Shown here: one piece after another, positions 42,637 through 51,889 of the stretch
Position numbering within the stretch: the first letter of the stretch is position 1
Layout: each line of letters opens with the position of its first letter
Source of the DNA: a virus
Lineage: Duplodnaviria > Caudoviricetes
Virus record (IMG/VR): IMGVR_UViG_3300036803_000035
Location: 793-64,792 of that record
DNA: 64,000 nt
Strand: one strand, 5' to 3'
Notes under the pieces: generated by a model
Told to the model about the DNA's origin: nothing
The model's database searches: none
What the model saw: the letters and a program-made list of their open reading frames with translations, nothing else
Translations under genes and position numbers: made by a program

Positions 42637-44748
42637 GTGACGATCTATCGCACAGATGATCCCGCGCGGTGGGGCAATGGCATCGGTCGCGACCTGACCG
42701 CGGCCGAGATCGATCTCAATTTCTACGGCCACGAGCTCCGGCTCACCAATCTCGAAAACAACCCGCCGCTCCCCGACTCGATCGCCAATATCGGCGTGTC
42801 GGGAACGCAGCTGAGCATCACGCTGCAATCGGGGACGATCTTCGGACCGTTCCCGCTGCCGGTGCTCATGTTCCGCTGGCGCGGCGATTGGGCGCCGGCG
42901 ACGTCTTACGCCCAGCTGGACACCTTTCGGGTGACCGGCCAGGGCCTTTACGTGGTGCTGGTCGATCACACGAGCTCGGCCGGCACGTTCGCCGAGGGGG
43001 CGGTCGATGGCACCGGCGCGGCACTCTACCTGAAACTGTTCGGGTTCTCCGGCGCCGCCGGCGTGCACGTCTCCGACCTGGTCGATGTCGCGCTGACCTC
43101 GCTGGCCGATAAGCAAATCCTGCAATGGAACGCGACCGACGGTAAGTGGGAGAACGTCAATCCCGGCATCGTGACCGGGCTCGCCTCGCTCTCGGACGTG
43201 CTGTTCACCGGGCTGATCAACAATCAGGTCCTCCGGTACGACAGCGCGAGCGGCAAGTGGAAGAACGTCCTGCTCGGCTCGATGGCCGATCAGAACGCGA
43301 GCGCCGTCGCGATCACCGGCGGCACGATCACCGGCCTCTCCGATCCGTCGGTCAATAGCGACGTCGCCACGAAGCATTACGTCGATTTGGTCGGCGCCGG
43401 TGGGCTGCCGTCGATCGGCGACGGCCTGCTTCTCGCGAATGAAACCGGCGGCTCGCACACGCCGAGCGGCGTCTCGCTGACGTCATTGCTCGATTACGTG
43501 ATGGGCAATGCGCGCGGCTCGGTGCTGTTTCGCGGCGCCTCGGGCTGGGTAGTTCTGACGCCGGGCACCGCCGGCCAGTTTTTGAAAACCGGCGGCGCCG
43601 GCGCGGATGTGTCATGGGCGGCACCGAGCGGCAGCGGCACGGTCACGAGCATCACCGCCGGCACCGGCCTCGCCGGCGGCACGATCACGAACACCGGCAC
43701 GATCTCGCTCGGCACAGTCGCCGACGGCGATCTCTTGGCGAACACGTCGGGCGGCGTCGCCGTGCCGATCGCCACGACCCTCTCGGCGCTGATTGATTAC
43801 GCGCTGTCGAGCCTGCGGGGCGCGATCCTCTATCGCGGCGCCTCGGGCTGGACCGCGCTCGCCCCGAGCACGTCGGGGAAATTCCTCAAGACGCAAGGCA
43901 GCGGCGCCGATCCGGTGTGGGACAGCCCCGCCGGCAGCGGCACGGTCACGAGCATCACCGCCGGCACCGGGCTCTCGGGCGGCACGATCACCACGACCGG
44001 CACGATCGCCCTGGCCGCGATCGCCGACGCTGATCTGCTGGCGAACACGTCGGGCGGCTCGGCCGCGCCGGTCCCGACCACATTGTCGGCGCTGATCGAC
44101 TATGCGCTCGGCTCGACGCGCGGCGACGTCCTCTATCGCGGCGCCTCGGGCTGGGCGGTCCTGACCCCGGGCACCGCCGGCCAGGTGCTCTCGACGGGCG
44201 GCGCCGGCGCGGACCCCAGCTGGGTCAATTCAGGCACCGGCAGCGCGATCGCCGACGCGCGCATCCTCGCCAATATCAGCGGCGGCAGCGCGATCGCGGC
44301 TGCGAACACGCTGACCAACATCCTCGATTACATCCTCGGCTCGTCGCAGGGCGACCTGATCCAGCGCGGCGCGTCCGCCTGGGTGGTGCTGGCGCCCGGC
44401 ACCGCCGGCCAGGTCCTCAAGACCGGCGGCGCGGCGGCGAACAACGTTTGGGCCGACATCGCCGGGATCCTCGACGCGATTTCCTCGACCCGCGGCACGA
44501 TCCTTTACCGGGGCGCAACCACCTGGGTCGCACTATCGCCCGGCACGAGCGGTCAGCTGCTCGCGACGCAGGGCGCCGGCGCCGATCCGCAATGGATCAC
44601 CGCCAGCGGCACCGGAACGGTCACCAGCGTAGCGACCGGCAATGGACTGACCGGCGGCACGATCACCGGCAGCGGCACCGTGTCGATGGACGATACCTCT
44701 TTCGCCGCTCGCAATTTGTCGCTGCACGCGACTTGCTCGGGGGTCTGA
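42637..44748 (+). CDS. Tail fibre protein with five internal repeats
   Basis: N-terminal IYRT.D..RWG.G.G..LT..E.D.NF; repeats of RG..LYRGASGW..L.PGT.GQ.L.T.G.GADP.W; DVATKHYVD. Confidence 0.85.
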   Translation: MTIYRTDDPARWGNGIGRDLTAAEIDLNFYGHELRLTNLENNPPLPDSIANIGVSGTQLSITLQSGTIFGPFPLPVLMFRWRGDWAPATSYAQLDTFRVTGQGLYVVLVDHTSSAGTFAEGAVDGTGAALYLKLFGFSGAAGVHVSDLVDVALTSLADKQILQWNATDGKWENVNPGIVTGLASLSDVLFTGLINNQVLRYDSASGKWKNVLLGSMADQNASAVAITGGTITGLSDPSVNSDVATKHYVDLVGAGGLPSIGDGLLLANETGGSHTPSGVSLTSLLDYVMGNARGSVLFRGASGWVVLTPGTAGQFLKTGGAGADVSWAAPSGSGTVTSITAGTGLAGGTITNTGTISLGTVADGDLLANTSGGVAVPIATTLSALIDYALSSLRGAILYRGASGWTALAPSTSGKFLKTQGSGADPVWDSPAGSGTVTSITAGTGLSGGTITTTGTIALAAIADADLLANTSGGSAAPVPTTLSALIDYALGSTRGDVLYRGASGWAVLTPGTAGQVLSTGGAGADPSWVNSGTGSAIADARILANISGGSAIAAANTLTNILDYILGSSQGDLIQRGASAWVVLAPGTAGQVLKTGGAAANNVWADIAGILDAISSTRGTILYRGATTWVALSPGTSGQLLATQGAGADPQWITASGTGTVTSVATGNGLTGGTITGSGTVSMDDTSFAARNLSLHATCSGV

Positions 44749-44749
44749 A

Positions 44750-45175
44750 ATGCCTTTCACGCAGAACGTCAAACCGACGTTCCCTCTCCAGCCGATCGTC
44801 AGTCGCGTCCAGATCGCGAATGCCGACGCGCAGGCGCAAAAGACCGGCTACACCGCCGGCGCGAACGGTTCGAAGATCGTCGGCGTCATTGCGGCGAGCG
44901 ATGACACGTCGAACCGCGACATTCAAATCTCGCTGACCAACGGTGGCACGTCCTATCCGCTCGCCACGAAAACGGTGCCGCTGGCGTCGGGCACATCAGC
45001 CGCCGCAGCCCCGGTCAACTTGCTCGACCCATCGGTGATCCCGGGCCTTCCGCTCGACAGCGACGGCAACCCATTCCTGTACCTGATCAGCGGCGACACG
45101 CTGACCTTCGAGGCGCTAGTCACGGTCACGAGCGGCAAACACGTCACCATCCATGTCATCGGCGCGGATTTCTGA
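44750..45175 (+). CDS. Fibre-associated beta protein
   Basis: Adjacent to the fibre gene; ends TIHVIGADF. Confidence 0.6.
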   Translation: MPFTQNVKPTFPLQPIVSRVQIANADAQAQKTGYTAGANGSKIVGVIAASDDTSNRDIQISLTNGGTSYPLATKTVPLASGTSAAAAPVNLLDPSVIPGLPLDSDGNPFLYLISGDTLTFEALVTVTSGKHVTIHVIGADF

Positions 45176-45178
45176 TCG

Positions 45179-46492
45179 ATGTTCATCACACCAGGCTCCC
45201 GCGCTCAGCCGCGACCGCTGCCGAAATTCCTGTCCGGAGTTTTGCGCGCGGCGCGCGGCGCGCTGATGTTCCGCGGCTCGAACGGTTGGTCGGCGCTCGC
45301 GGCAGGCGCATCGGGTGCGCTGTTGAAATCGGGCGGCGCCGGCGCCGATCCTGCCTTCACTGGCAAGATCACCGAAAACGGCTCGCAGATCACCGTCAAT
45401 TACAACGCCGCGACGCTGCCCGGGACGCTGCCGACCAATACCGTCATGCAAGTTGGCGGCGTCGATGGCACGCAAACCCGATCGATCGTCGACTCCTTCG
45501 GTGCCGCAGCGCAACTGGTTGTGCGCCGCGCCAATACCTCTGCCGCTTCCCCTTCCGGCGTGTCAAGTGGCGACGTCATCGGCTCTTTTGTGGGGTTGGC
45601 GCACAACAATAGCGCCTACATCACCGGCGGCGCCGCGTCGCTTCGCTTTTATGCAGCGGAAACGTGGTCGTCATCGGCCAATGGGACGCAAGCCAAACTC
45701 GGCGTCATCAAAAAGACGACGACAACATTGATCGATGCGTTGTCGGTCGAAGATGACGGCGGCGTCCTGATCCTCGACAGCAGCGGCAGCAATCCGACCG
45801 GCAATTCGAAAGGCGCCGGCACGCTGAATGTCGCCGGCGGTCTATACGTCAACGGCGCCTCGGTAAGCGGCGGCGGCGGCAGAAATCCGTTTACCGAAGG
45901 CTTCGCAAATTTCGGCACGGTCCCGACGCAAGCAGGCACCGGGTTCAGCGCATGGATGAACCAGCCGACGAGCTCCACTGTCGCCGACGACGCCAACGGC
46001 GTTGCGGTATTCGAGCCGTCGCAGGGCGCCAATCACACCCTCGCGATTATCAAGAAGGATGTTAGCGGCGTCAGCACGCCCTACCAATACGACGCGGCGA
46101 TTTGGGCGTTCCCGGATGCGCGCATTACGACCTTCGGCGGCCCGGTATTTGGTTTTTCGGATGGCACGAAGTTTAACGGTCTCATGGTCGAGAGCTCGCA
46201 ATTCTTTGGGACGTCGCACACCAACATTTTTGCGAACGCGACTCTGACGTGGGACGTGCAAGAGAGCGATGGTACTCCCCCGAATTTAACCGCCTGCCTG
46301 TATTTTCTGCGTGTCAAGAATGACGGCACGAACCTGATCTTCTCGACCAGCCGAGACGGCGTTCACTGGCGGCAAATTCAATCCGTCGCCAAGGGCACAA
46401 ACCTATCGAATCAAAACTGGCTCGTGTTCGGGAACGACAACTATTCCGTCGCTTCTACCAGCGTTCTCACCGGCTTTTTCAAGAGCCTCTAA
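45179..46492 (+). CDS. Second fibre / receptor-binding protein
   Basis: Starts with a sixth copy of the fibre repeat (RGALMFRGSNGW..LAAGASGALLKSGGAGADP); C-terminal lectin-like beta region; lower GC. Confidence 0.7.
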   Translation: MFITPGSRAQPRPLPKFLSGVLRAARGALMFRGSNGWSALAAGASGALLKSGGAGADPAFTGKITENGSQITVNYNAATLPGTLPTNTVMQVGGVDGTQTRSIVDSFGAAAQLVVRRANTSAASPSGVSSGDVIGSFVGLAHNNSAYITGGAASLRFYAAETWSSSANGTQAKLGVIKKTTTTLIDALSVEDDGGVLILDSSGSNPTGNSKGAGTLNVAGGLYVNGASVSGGGGRNPFTEGFANFGTVPTQAGTGFSAWMNQPTSSTVADDANGVAVFEPSQGANHTLAIIKKDVSGVSTPYQYDAAIWAFPDARITTFGGPVFGFSDGTKFNGLMVESSQFFGTSHTNIFANATLTWDVQESDGTPPNLTACLYFLRVKNDGTNLIFSTSRDGVHWRQIQSVAKGTNLSNQNWLVFGNDNYSVASTSVLTGFFKSL

Positions 46493-46522
46493 TCCCCTCA
46501 CCGCAATTCGGAGGTTGGCCCG

Positions 46523-47485
46523 ATGCGCGCCGATTTACTCGACGTGGTTTTCACCTATTACAACCCGGAGCGTTGGCACTCGCGGCTTGAGAACTTCCGA
46601 CGCGCGGAAGATCACATGATCGCCTCGGGTGTCCGCTATTCGACCGTCGAGCTCGCCAATGGCGATCGACCGTTCGATCTCCCCGACCGCGACGGCGTGC
46701 GGCGCATCCGCCTGCGCGGCAATGACGTGATGTGGTTCAAGGAAAATCAGGCGAACATCGCCGAAAAGGAATTGGCGCCCGATCGGCAGTATTTCGCCCT
46801 CGTCGATGGCGACGTGCTGTTCTACGACTACGAATGGGCCGCCAACACGGTGCACGCGCTGCAATTGCACCCGATCGTCCAGGTCAGCGATCGCGTGATC
46901 TGGCTCGGACCCAAGGGGCAATATCTCGACGCCGGCATCTCGCTCATGCGCTCATTCAGAGCGGCGCGCCGCGTGCACTACCAAAACCACTACTATCATC
47001 CGTCGAACCCGTTCGAACTTGAACAGGGATACCCGGGCCACGCCTGGGCCTATCGGCGCGACTTCTTCCGCGCGATGGGCGGCCTCCTCGATGTCTGCAT
47101 CCTCGGCGCCGGCGACTATCACATGGCGATGGGGTTGCTCGACCTTCCCGATCGACTGACCGAGGACGGCGACTACACGCAGGGTTACCGCGACGCGATC
47201 GCCACCTGGTCGGCGCGCGCGCGTCAGGCGCTCGGTCGCGAGACGGTCGGCTATGTGCCGGGGATCACGTTCCACCTGTGGCACGGCAACCTCGCGAGCC
47301 GCGCCTACTCGACGCGCGAGCAAATCCTGATCCGCAATCAATTCGATCCGGCGGCCGATCTGTCGCGCGATCACCAGGGCGTGCTGCAATTCGCCAGCAC
47401 GAAACCGAAGTTGGTCGCCGACATCCGCGCCTACTTCGCCGAGCGCGACGAGGACTCGACCTGGCTCGGGCACGGCATTTTCTGA
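46523..47485 (+). CDS. GT-A fold glycosyltransferase-like protein
   Basis: MWFKENQANIA...FALVDGDVLF (DxD), GYPGHAWAYRR..F..MGGL....ILGAGD, ITFHLWHG. Confidence 0.65.
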   Translation: MRADLLDVVFTYYNPERWHSRLENFRRAEDHMIASGVRYSTVELANGDRPFDLPDRDGVRRIRLRGNDVMWFKENQANIAEKELAPDRQYFALVDGDVLFYDYEWAANTVHALQLHPIVQVSDRVIWLGPKGQYLDAGISLMRSFRAARRVHYQNHYYHPSNPFELEQGYPGHAWAYRRDFFRAMGGLLDVCILGAGDYHMAMGLLDLPDRLTEDGDYTQGYRDAIATWSARARQALGRETVGYVPGITFHLWHGNLASRAYSTREQILIRNQFDPAADLSRDHQGVLQFASTKPKLVADIRAYFAERDEDSTWLGHGIF

Positions 47486-47496
47486 GGAGCTCCCCG

Positions 47497-47706
47497 ATGA
47501 AGAATGTTTTCCTCGCCGCGGCGCTCGCGGCGAGCCTATCCGGCTGTCATGTCCTCATGGCGCCGGCGGTGGTCGCGCTTTCGACGGCGGTCGGCACCGC
47601 GTCGGGCGCCGCGAGCATCGCAAAGGACGTCCTCGAAATCGACGTGAGCGCGCGCTCGCTGTTCGGCGTGCAGCCGTTCAAGGCGTCGCCGGCGGCCGTC
47701 CAGTGA
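47497..47706 (+). CDS. Small lipoprotein
   Basis: GAGGAG RBS; MKNVFLAAALAASLSGC lipobox. Confidence 0.6.
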   Translation: MKNVFLAAALAASLSGCHVLMAPAVVALSTAVGTASGAASIAKDVLEIDVSARSLFGVQPFKASPAAVQ

Positions 47707-47719
47707 GGAGGGCGCCGAC

Positions 47720-48148
47720 ATGCCCGAGGCAACCGACCGGGAATTGCTCTCCGAGGCGATCGACGCCTTAAACGGCGCTCGCGCCGCGCAAGGCGAGCGG
47801 GTCGCGATAGTCGAGACAAAAATCGGAGGGCTCGAAAAGGACACCGCCGTCATTCGAGCCACGCTGCATCAAATGAACGGCGAGCTCCAACGATCGGCGT
47901 TGCACGAGGCGGATTGCGCGCGCTCGCTGGCGCTGATCGCCGATCAGACCAAAGGGCTCCCCGAGCTCGTCGGCAAGATCGCCAATCTCGAAGCGACCAA
48001 GCCGAAGATCGAAGCGCTCTTGGAGGAGGCCTCGCGCCGCAAAGGCGCCTGGCGCGGGCTCGTGCTGATGGGGACCGCGATCGGCGGCTTGATGGCGATC
48101 GCCGCAGCGCTGGCGACCGTCCTGGCCTTTCTGCTGGCGCACCACTGA
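47720..48148 (+). CDS. Coiled-coil protein with C-terminal membrane anchor (lysis region; holin- or spanin-like)
   Basis: GAGGAGGG RBS; heptad-like pattern, then GLVLMGTAIGGLMAIAAALATVLAFLL. Confidence 0.55.
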   Translation: MPEATDRELLSEAIDALNGARAAQGERVAIVETKIGGLEKDTAVIRATLHQMNGELQRSALHEADCARSLALIADQTKGLPELVGKIANLEATKPKIEALLEEASRRKGAWRGLVLMGTAIGGLMAIAAALATVLAFLLAHH

Positions 48149-48357
48149 CCAAGGAGCTCGCGATGCAAACAGCCGATCTGCTGATGTTTCCGTGCGCCCG
48201 CATCGTCGCTCGCCGCGAGCGCTGTGCGACAAATGGCGGTCAATTGTCGGACAGGCCGCCGGCCGAGATCGTCGCCTGCGACTTCGTGCTCGGCACTCAG
48301 GAACGGCGGGATGCTCTCGCCGGCACCGAGCCCGGCGCCGGCGAGGAGCGCGCCTGA

Positions 48358-48945
48358 TTACGCGGCCTGCTGCTGCCCCTGCTGCATCGCCGCAACCGAG
48401 CGCCCGTAGAGCGCGGTCTTGCCGCGGCCGCTGCGGGTCAGCTGCTTTTTCTTCACAAGTCCCTGGACCGATCGGCCGACCGTGGTCGGATTGATGCCCG
48501 TCCGCGCCGAGATTTGCGTGACCGACAGGTGCTCGCTGTTGTTGAGCGCGTTCATGACCTGTTGCTGCGGCTGGGTCAGCTTGATCGTGCTGGCGATCGC
48601 GGTCTGACCGCCGCGCGCGACGCCGGGTGCACGTGCGGCACGTGTCGTGCGCGTCGTGCGCGTCGTGCCCGCCATCGTCGGCACCTGACCATTGAACGCC
48701 GTCGGGCCGATAAGCTGTTGGGCGCTTTCGCCCAACACCCGCTGCACGTTCTCGATGCCGGGGATGTTGTAGTTCCGCATCACGGCGATCGTTTCGTTGC
48801 CGCAGATCAGGAGCTCATTGAGCCCGTTGCCATTGGCCCCGATCCGACCGCGTGCGGTGCGCGACGCCGTCGTCTGACGCCGGCTCGTGCTCGGGTTGGT
48901 CTTGCGGGCATTGCTGTTCCGGCGACGTCGCCGTGTGGCTGCCAT
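48358..48945 (-). CDS. Basic Arg-rich protein with C-terminal winged HTH (reverse-strand moron)
   Basis: AGGAG RBS before ATG 48945; LTQPQQQVMNAL...LSVTQISARTGINPTTVGRSVQGLVKKKQL. Confidence 0.7.
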   Translation of the reverse strand: MAATRRRRRNSNARKTNPSTSRRQTTASRTARGRIGANGNGLNELLICGNETIAVMRNYNIPGIENVQRVLGESAQQLIGPTAFNGQVPTMAGTTRTTRTTRAARAPGVARGGQTAIASTIKLTQPQQQVMNALNNSEHLSVTQISARTGINPTTVGRSVQGLVKKKQLTRSGRGKTALYGRSVAAMQQGQQQAA

Positions 48946-49039
48946 CTCGGCATCTCCTCTGATTGAAGCGCGCGACTGCTGAGCGGGCCAATACGCGGCC
49001 CCGAGCGCAATTGCAATCCCGATAACAGGTGATCGATCG

Positions 49040-49891
49040 ATGACCGACACGCCGGTGCCATTCGACATGCCGCCGGCGAGCGCCGGGTTCGATGCACGCG
49101 CCGGCTGGGTCGTGCAGCATTTGATGGTCGATCTGTCGGAGGCGAAACTCAATCACGCCGGCGCGATCGTCGGCAACCTCGGCGGCGAAAGCGGGCTCAC
49201 GGCGATCAACGAGCGACACCCGCTGCTGCCGGGATCGCGAGGCGGCTTCGGCTGGGGTCAGTGGACCGGGCCGCGCCGGGTGGCCTTCGAGAAGTTCTGC
49301 GCCGATCACGCCCTGGCCATCACCAGCGACGAAGGTAACTACCGATGGCTCCTCGACGAGCTCCGCGGTGGCGAGCACCACGCGCTCGACCAGGTCCTCA
49401 AGACCTCGACGATCGAGGCGGCCACCGAGACGTTCGAGGCGTATTACGAGCGCCCGGCCGATCTGCAGGCCGGCCTGGATGACCGCATCGCCTACGCCAA
49501 GCGCGCGATCGCCGCCGCCCTCGGCCTGGCGCATGTCGACCACTTCCTCGGACCGGCTCGATCTGCGATTCCGGCGAGCTCGCCGGCGGCCGCGAGCTCG
49601 AGGTCGTTTGTCACTCCCGCCGACGGATCCGCCGACCAGGTGGGCACACCAGGTCGCCGTCGGCCGCCGGCTCACGCGCTACATCTGGCTGGCGGCATGG
49701 GCATCGGGCTGGCTCTTTGCGACACGCTGACCTGGGTGCTGGGACCGGCTGTGTGCGGCGTCTTAACGGGTCATTCGTTCGTGGTGCCCCAGGATGTCAG
49801 CGCCGGCTGGGTGCTGCTCCTCGCCATCCCTGGCGCGATCCTGCTGCATCGGATGCCGTGGCTGCGAACCGAACTCGGAGACAAGCTGTGA
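49040..49891 (+). CDS. Endolysin, phage-tail-lysozyme type, with hydrophobic C-terminal helices
   Basis: AGAIVGNLGGESG, GFGWGQWTGPRR, ETFEAYYERP, RIAYA; C-terminal hydrophobic segments. Confidence 0.8.
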   Translation: MTDTPVPFDMPPASAGFDARAGWVVQHLMVDLSEAKLNHAGAIVGNLGGESGLTAINERHPLLPGSRGGFGWGQWTGPRRVAFEKFCADHALAITSDEGNYRWLLDELRGGEHHALDQVLKTSTIEAATETFEAYYERPADLQAGLDDRIAYAKRAIAAALGLAHVDHFLGPARSAIPASSPAAASSRSFVTPADGSADQVGTPGRRRPPAHALHLAGGMGIGLALCDTLTWVLGPAVCGVLTGHSFVVPQDVSAGWVLLLAIPGAILLHRMPWLRTELGDKL

Positions 49892-50172
49892 AACTGGATT
49901 TGAAGGCGGTCCAAGAGGGCGCCACCGTCGCGTTGAGCGTTGCCGAATTGGCGACGCGCATAATCGGCCACGTGCGCCAGGTCGATTGCTTCGAGAAGCT
50001 GGGTCCCGTCCTCGATGATCTCGCCGAGGGCGTGCCGCAGATGATCGAGGCGGTCAAGACCGGCACGGTCGCCGAGCACGAGGACAACCCGGAATCCGGC
50101 GCCGACCAGGCCGACCAGGTCGAGGAGCCGGCGCAGCCGACCGACTCGCAGAAATCCGAGCCTCAATCGTGA
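49888..50172 (+). CDS. Hypothetical lysis-region protein
   Basis: GTGA-coupled to the endolysin stop. Confidence 0.55.
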   Translation: MKLDLKAVQEGATVALSVAELATRIIGHVRQVDCFEKLGPVLDDLAEGVPQMIEAVKTGTVAEHEDNPESGADQADQVEEPAQPTDSQKSEPQS

Positions 50173-50531
50173 GTCGGTTCCGACTCGCTTTCGGCTCTCT
50201 GCTGCTGGCGATCGCCGGCTGCGTCCACGCGCCGCCCTCGCCGACCGAGATCGCGCGAGTCGACCAGGACACCGCGCGGGTCACCCGCGACATCGCTGCA
50301 ACCTGTCTCGGCTCGGGGCTGTTCAAAATGGCAGATGGCGCGGTCGCGCGCTCGATGCCAGCCGCCGAGCTCCCGATCGATGTCATCAACGCCGGCGTCG
50401 ATGTCGTCTGTAGCCGACCCGATCTCTTTGCTCGGGACGCCGCGACGATCGAATGGTTGGCTCGCAATTTACGCGATGCGATACGCCGCCGACGTGCAAA
50501 TGAATTGACGCCGAAGCCGGAAAGCCGGTAA
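50169..50531 (+). CDS. Lipoprotein (possible o-spanin)
   Basis: MSRFRLAFGSLLLAIAGC lipobox; last gene before the terminator. Confidence 0.55.
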   Translation: MSRFRLAFGSLLLAIAGCVHAPPSPTEIARVDQDTARVTRDIAATCLGSGLFKMADGAVARSMPAAELPIDVINAGVDVVCSRPDLFARDAATIEWLARNLRDAIRRRRANELTPKPESR

Positions 50532-50582
50532 CTCGGCAGTCTCGTTGGTTGAACCGCGCTGCGGCGTGGTTTGGAATTTCCT

Positions 50583-50619
50583 GCGCTGGCCCCTTCGCGG
50601 GGGTCAGCGCTCTTTTTTT
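50583..50619 (+). terminator. Late-operon terminator
   Basis: GCGCTGGCCCC-TTCGCG-GGGGTCAGCGC-TCTTTTTTT at the convergence of the two arms. Confidence 0.85.
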
Positions 50620-50873
50620 GTGCCTGCGCCGAGGCGATCGACCGCCTGTTGAGCCGCGACACCGCGCTTGACGAAGTCCATCGCCTGATCAAGCGATACC
50701 GGCGCCAGAGGCGGGCTGATCTCGATGGCGATCGACCGCAAATGACCGGCCGCGCCTTCAAGACCGACGCGAGAGGGACCATTCAGCGCGCGCGCCGCGA
50801 GCGCGTCGACCCGAGCGGCCGCCCATTCGAGCGTGCGGCGGTCGAGCCACGGCGGAAGCGGTTCGCTAGGCAT
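50604..50873 (-). CDS. Hypothetical protein
   Basis: AGGAG RBS before ATG 50873. Confidence 0.5.
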   Translation of the reverse strand: MPSEPLPPWLDRRTLEWAAARVDALAARALNGPSRVGLEGAAGHLRSIAIEISPPLAPVSLDQAMDFVKRGVAAQQAVDRLGAGTKKER

Positions 50874-51444
50874 TGTCGCGCTCCTGTTGCTGCAAGAGCT
50901 CAAGCGCGAGATGAGTGCGATCCGTTTCCTTGCGCGTCGGCGGCTGAGGATCGGCGGTGAGACGGTTGCCGTCGGCATCCATCCAGAATGAACGACACAT
51001 TTGCCCGCGTACCGGATCGAAGGTTCGCCACAGAACGGCCATGCCGGCGACGCACACCGAGCCGATCAAGTCCTGCACCGGCGAATTCGGATCGCGCCAA
51101 TCGTCCTCGTGGCCGCGCTCGACCCAAAACTGCATCGCCGGCTTTTCGATCACGACGCCGTTCTCGGGATTGCGCAGCCCGAAGGTGGTCGGGAGGATGT
51201 CGACCACGACGCCGCAGCGATCGGGGCGCAATTCGTCAGACCAGCCCGGTTCGGCGTGCCACTGGCAATTCCACAGCGCGCAGCTGGTCGGGCGAGTGGG
51301 ATAGATCGCGCAACCGACCATCGCCGCCGGCGGGCGCCGTTCGTGCGGACAGCCTTGCCATGCGCGAAGGTTCAATTCGCGCACCGGCACGATATGGCAG
51401 CACGCGGTACACGACCCGCAGCTTTTGCCGGGGACCGTTTTCAT
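50866..51444 (-). CDS. YkgJ-like Cys-cluster (CxxCxxCC) protein
   Basis: CGSCTACC...C...C.IY..RP..C..W.C.W...LRPDRCG. Confidence 0.7.
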   Translation of the reverse strand: MKTVPGKSCGSCTACCHIVPVRELNLRAWQGCPHERRPPAAMVGCAIYPTRPTSCALWNCQWHAEPGWSDELRPDRCGVVVDILPTTFGLRNPENGVVIEKPAMQFWVERGHEDDWRDPNSPVQDLIGSVCVAGMAVLWRTFDPVRGQMCRSFWMDADGNRLTADPQPPTRKETDRTHLALELLQQQERDNA

Positions 51445-51713
51445 TTCAGCGTCTCCACGATCTCGCGATTTGAGAAGCGCACGAGGCGCACCGGCTGCGC
51501 GGTCATGATGCGCGCGGCGATCGCATGTTCGCGCAACGACTCGATGCGCGCGCGGTCGGCTCCGATCAGCGGCATGATCCGTCCGCCGATCATCGCGGCC
51601 GGAATCCCCTCGCCGCCACGCGCGTCCTCGACAACCCAGGCGAAAATCTCGGTGACGTCCTGCCTCGAACCATCGTCGAAATGCCGGATCGGCTCTCGTC
51701 GTGCATCGCTCAT
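51441..51713 (-). CDS. Hypothetical protein
   Basis: ATGA-coupled; FAWV..D..G.EG...MPL.GAD..R..SLR. Confidence 0.6.
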   Translation of the reverse strand: MSDARREPIRHFDDGSRQDVTEIFAWVVEDARGGEGIPAAMIGGRIMPLIGADRARIESLREHAIAARIMTAQPVRLVRFSNREIVETLK

Positions 51714-51889
51714 GGTGCGCCCTTCGCTTTCTTCGCTTCGAGGAACCGCACGATCTCGGCCTGGACCGCGATCTCGCGATCGCACGCCGCCTGCGTCATG
51801 CGCCGGATTTCGACGAGTCGCGGATAGGCGGCACGCCGCTTGTGGAGCTCGGCCGTGGCGCAGGCGATCATGTCGGCGATGGTGATCAT
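51710..51889 (-). CDS. Small hypothetical protein (59 aa; paralogue of the adjacent gene at 51886..52200)
   Basis: MITIADMIACATAELHKRRAAYPRLVEIRRMTQAACDREIAV; below the ORF-track cutoff. Confidence 0.6.
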   Translation of the reverse strand: MITIADMIACATAELHKRRAAYPRLVEIRRMTQAACDREIAVQAEIVRFLEAKKAKGAP

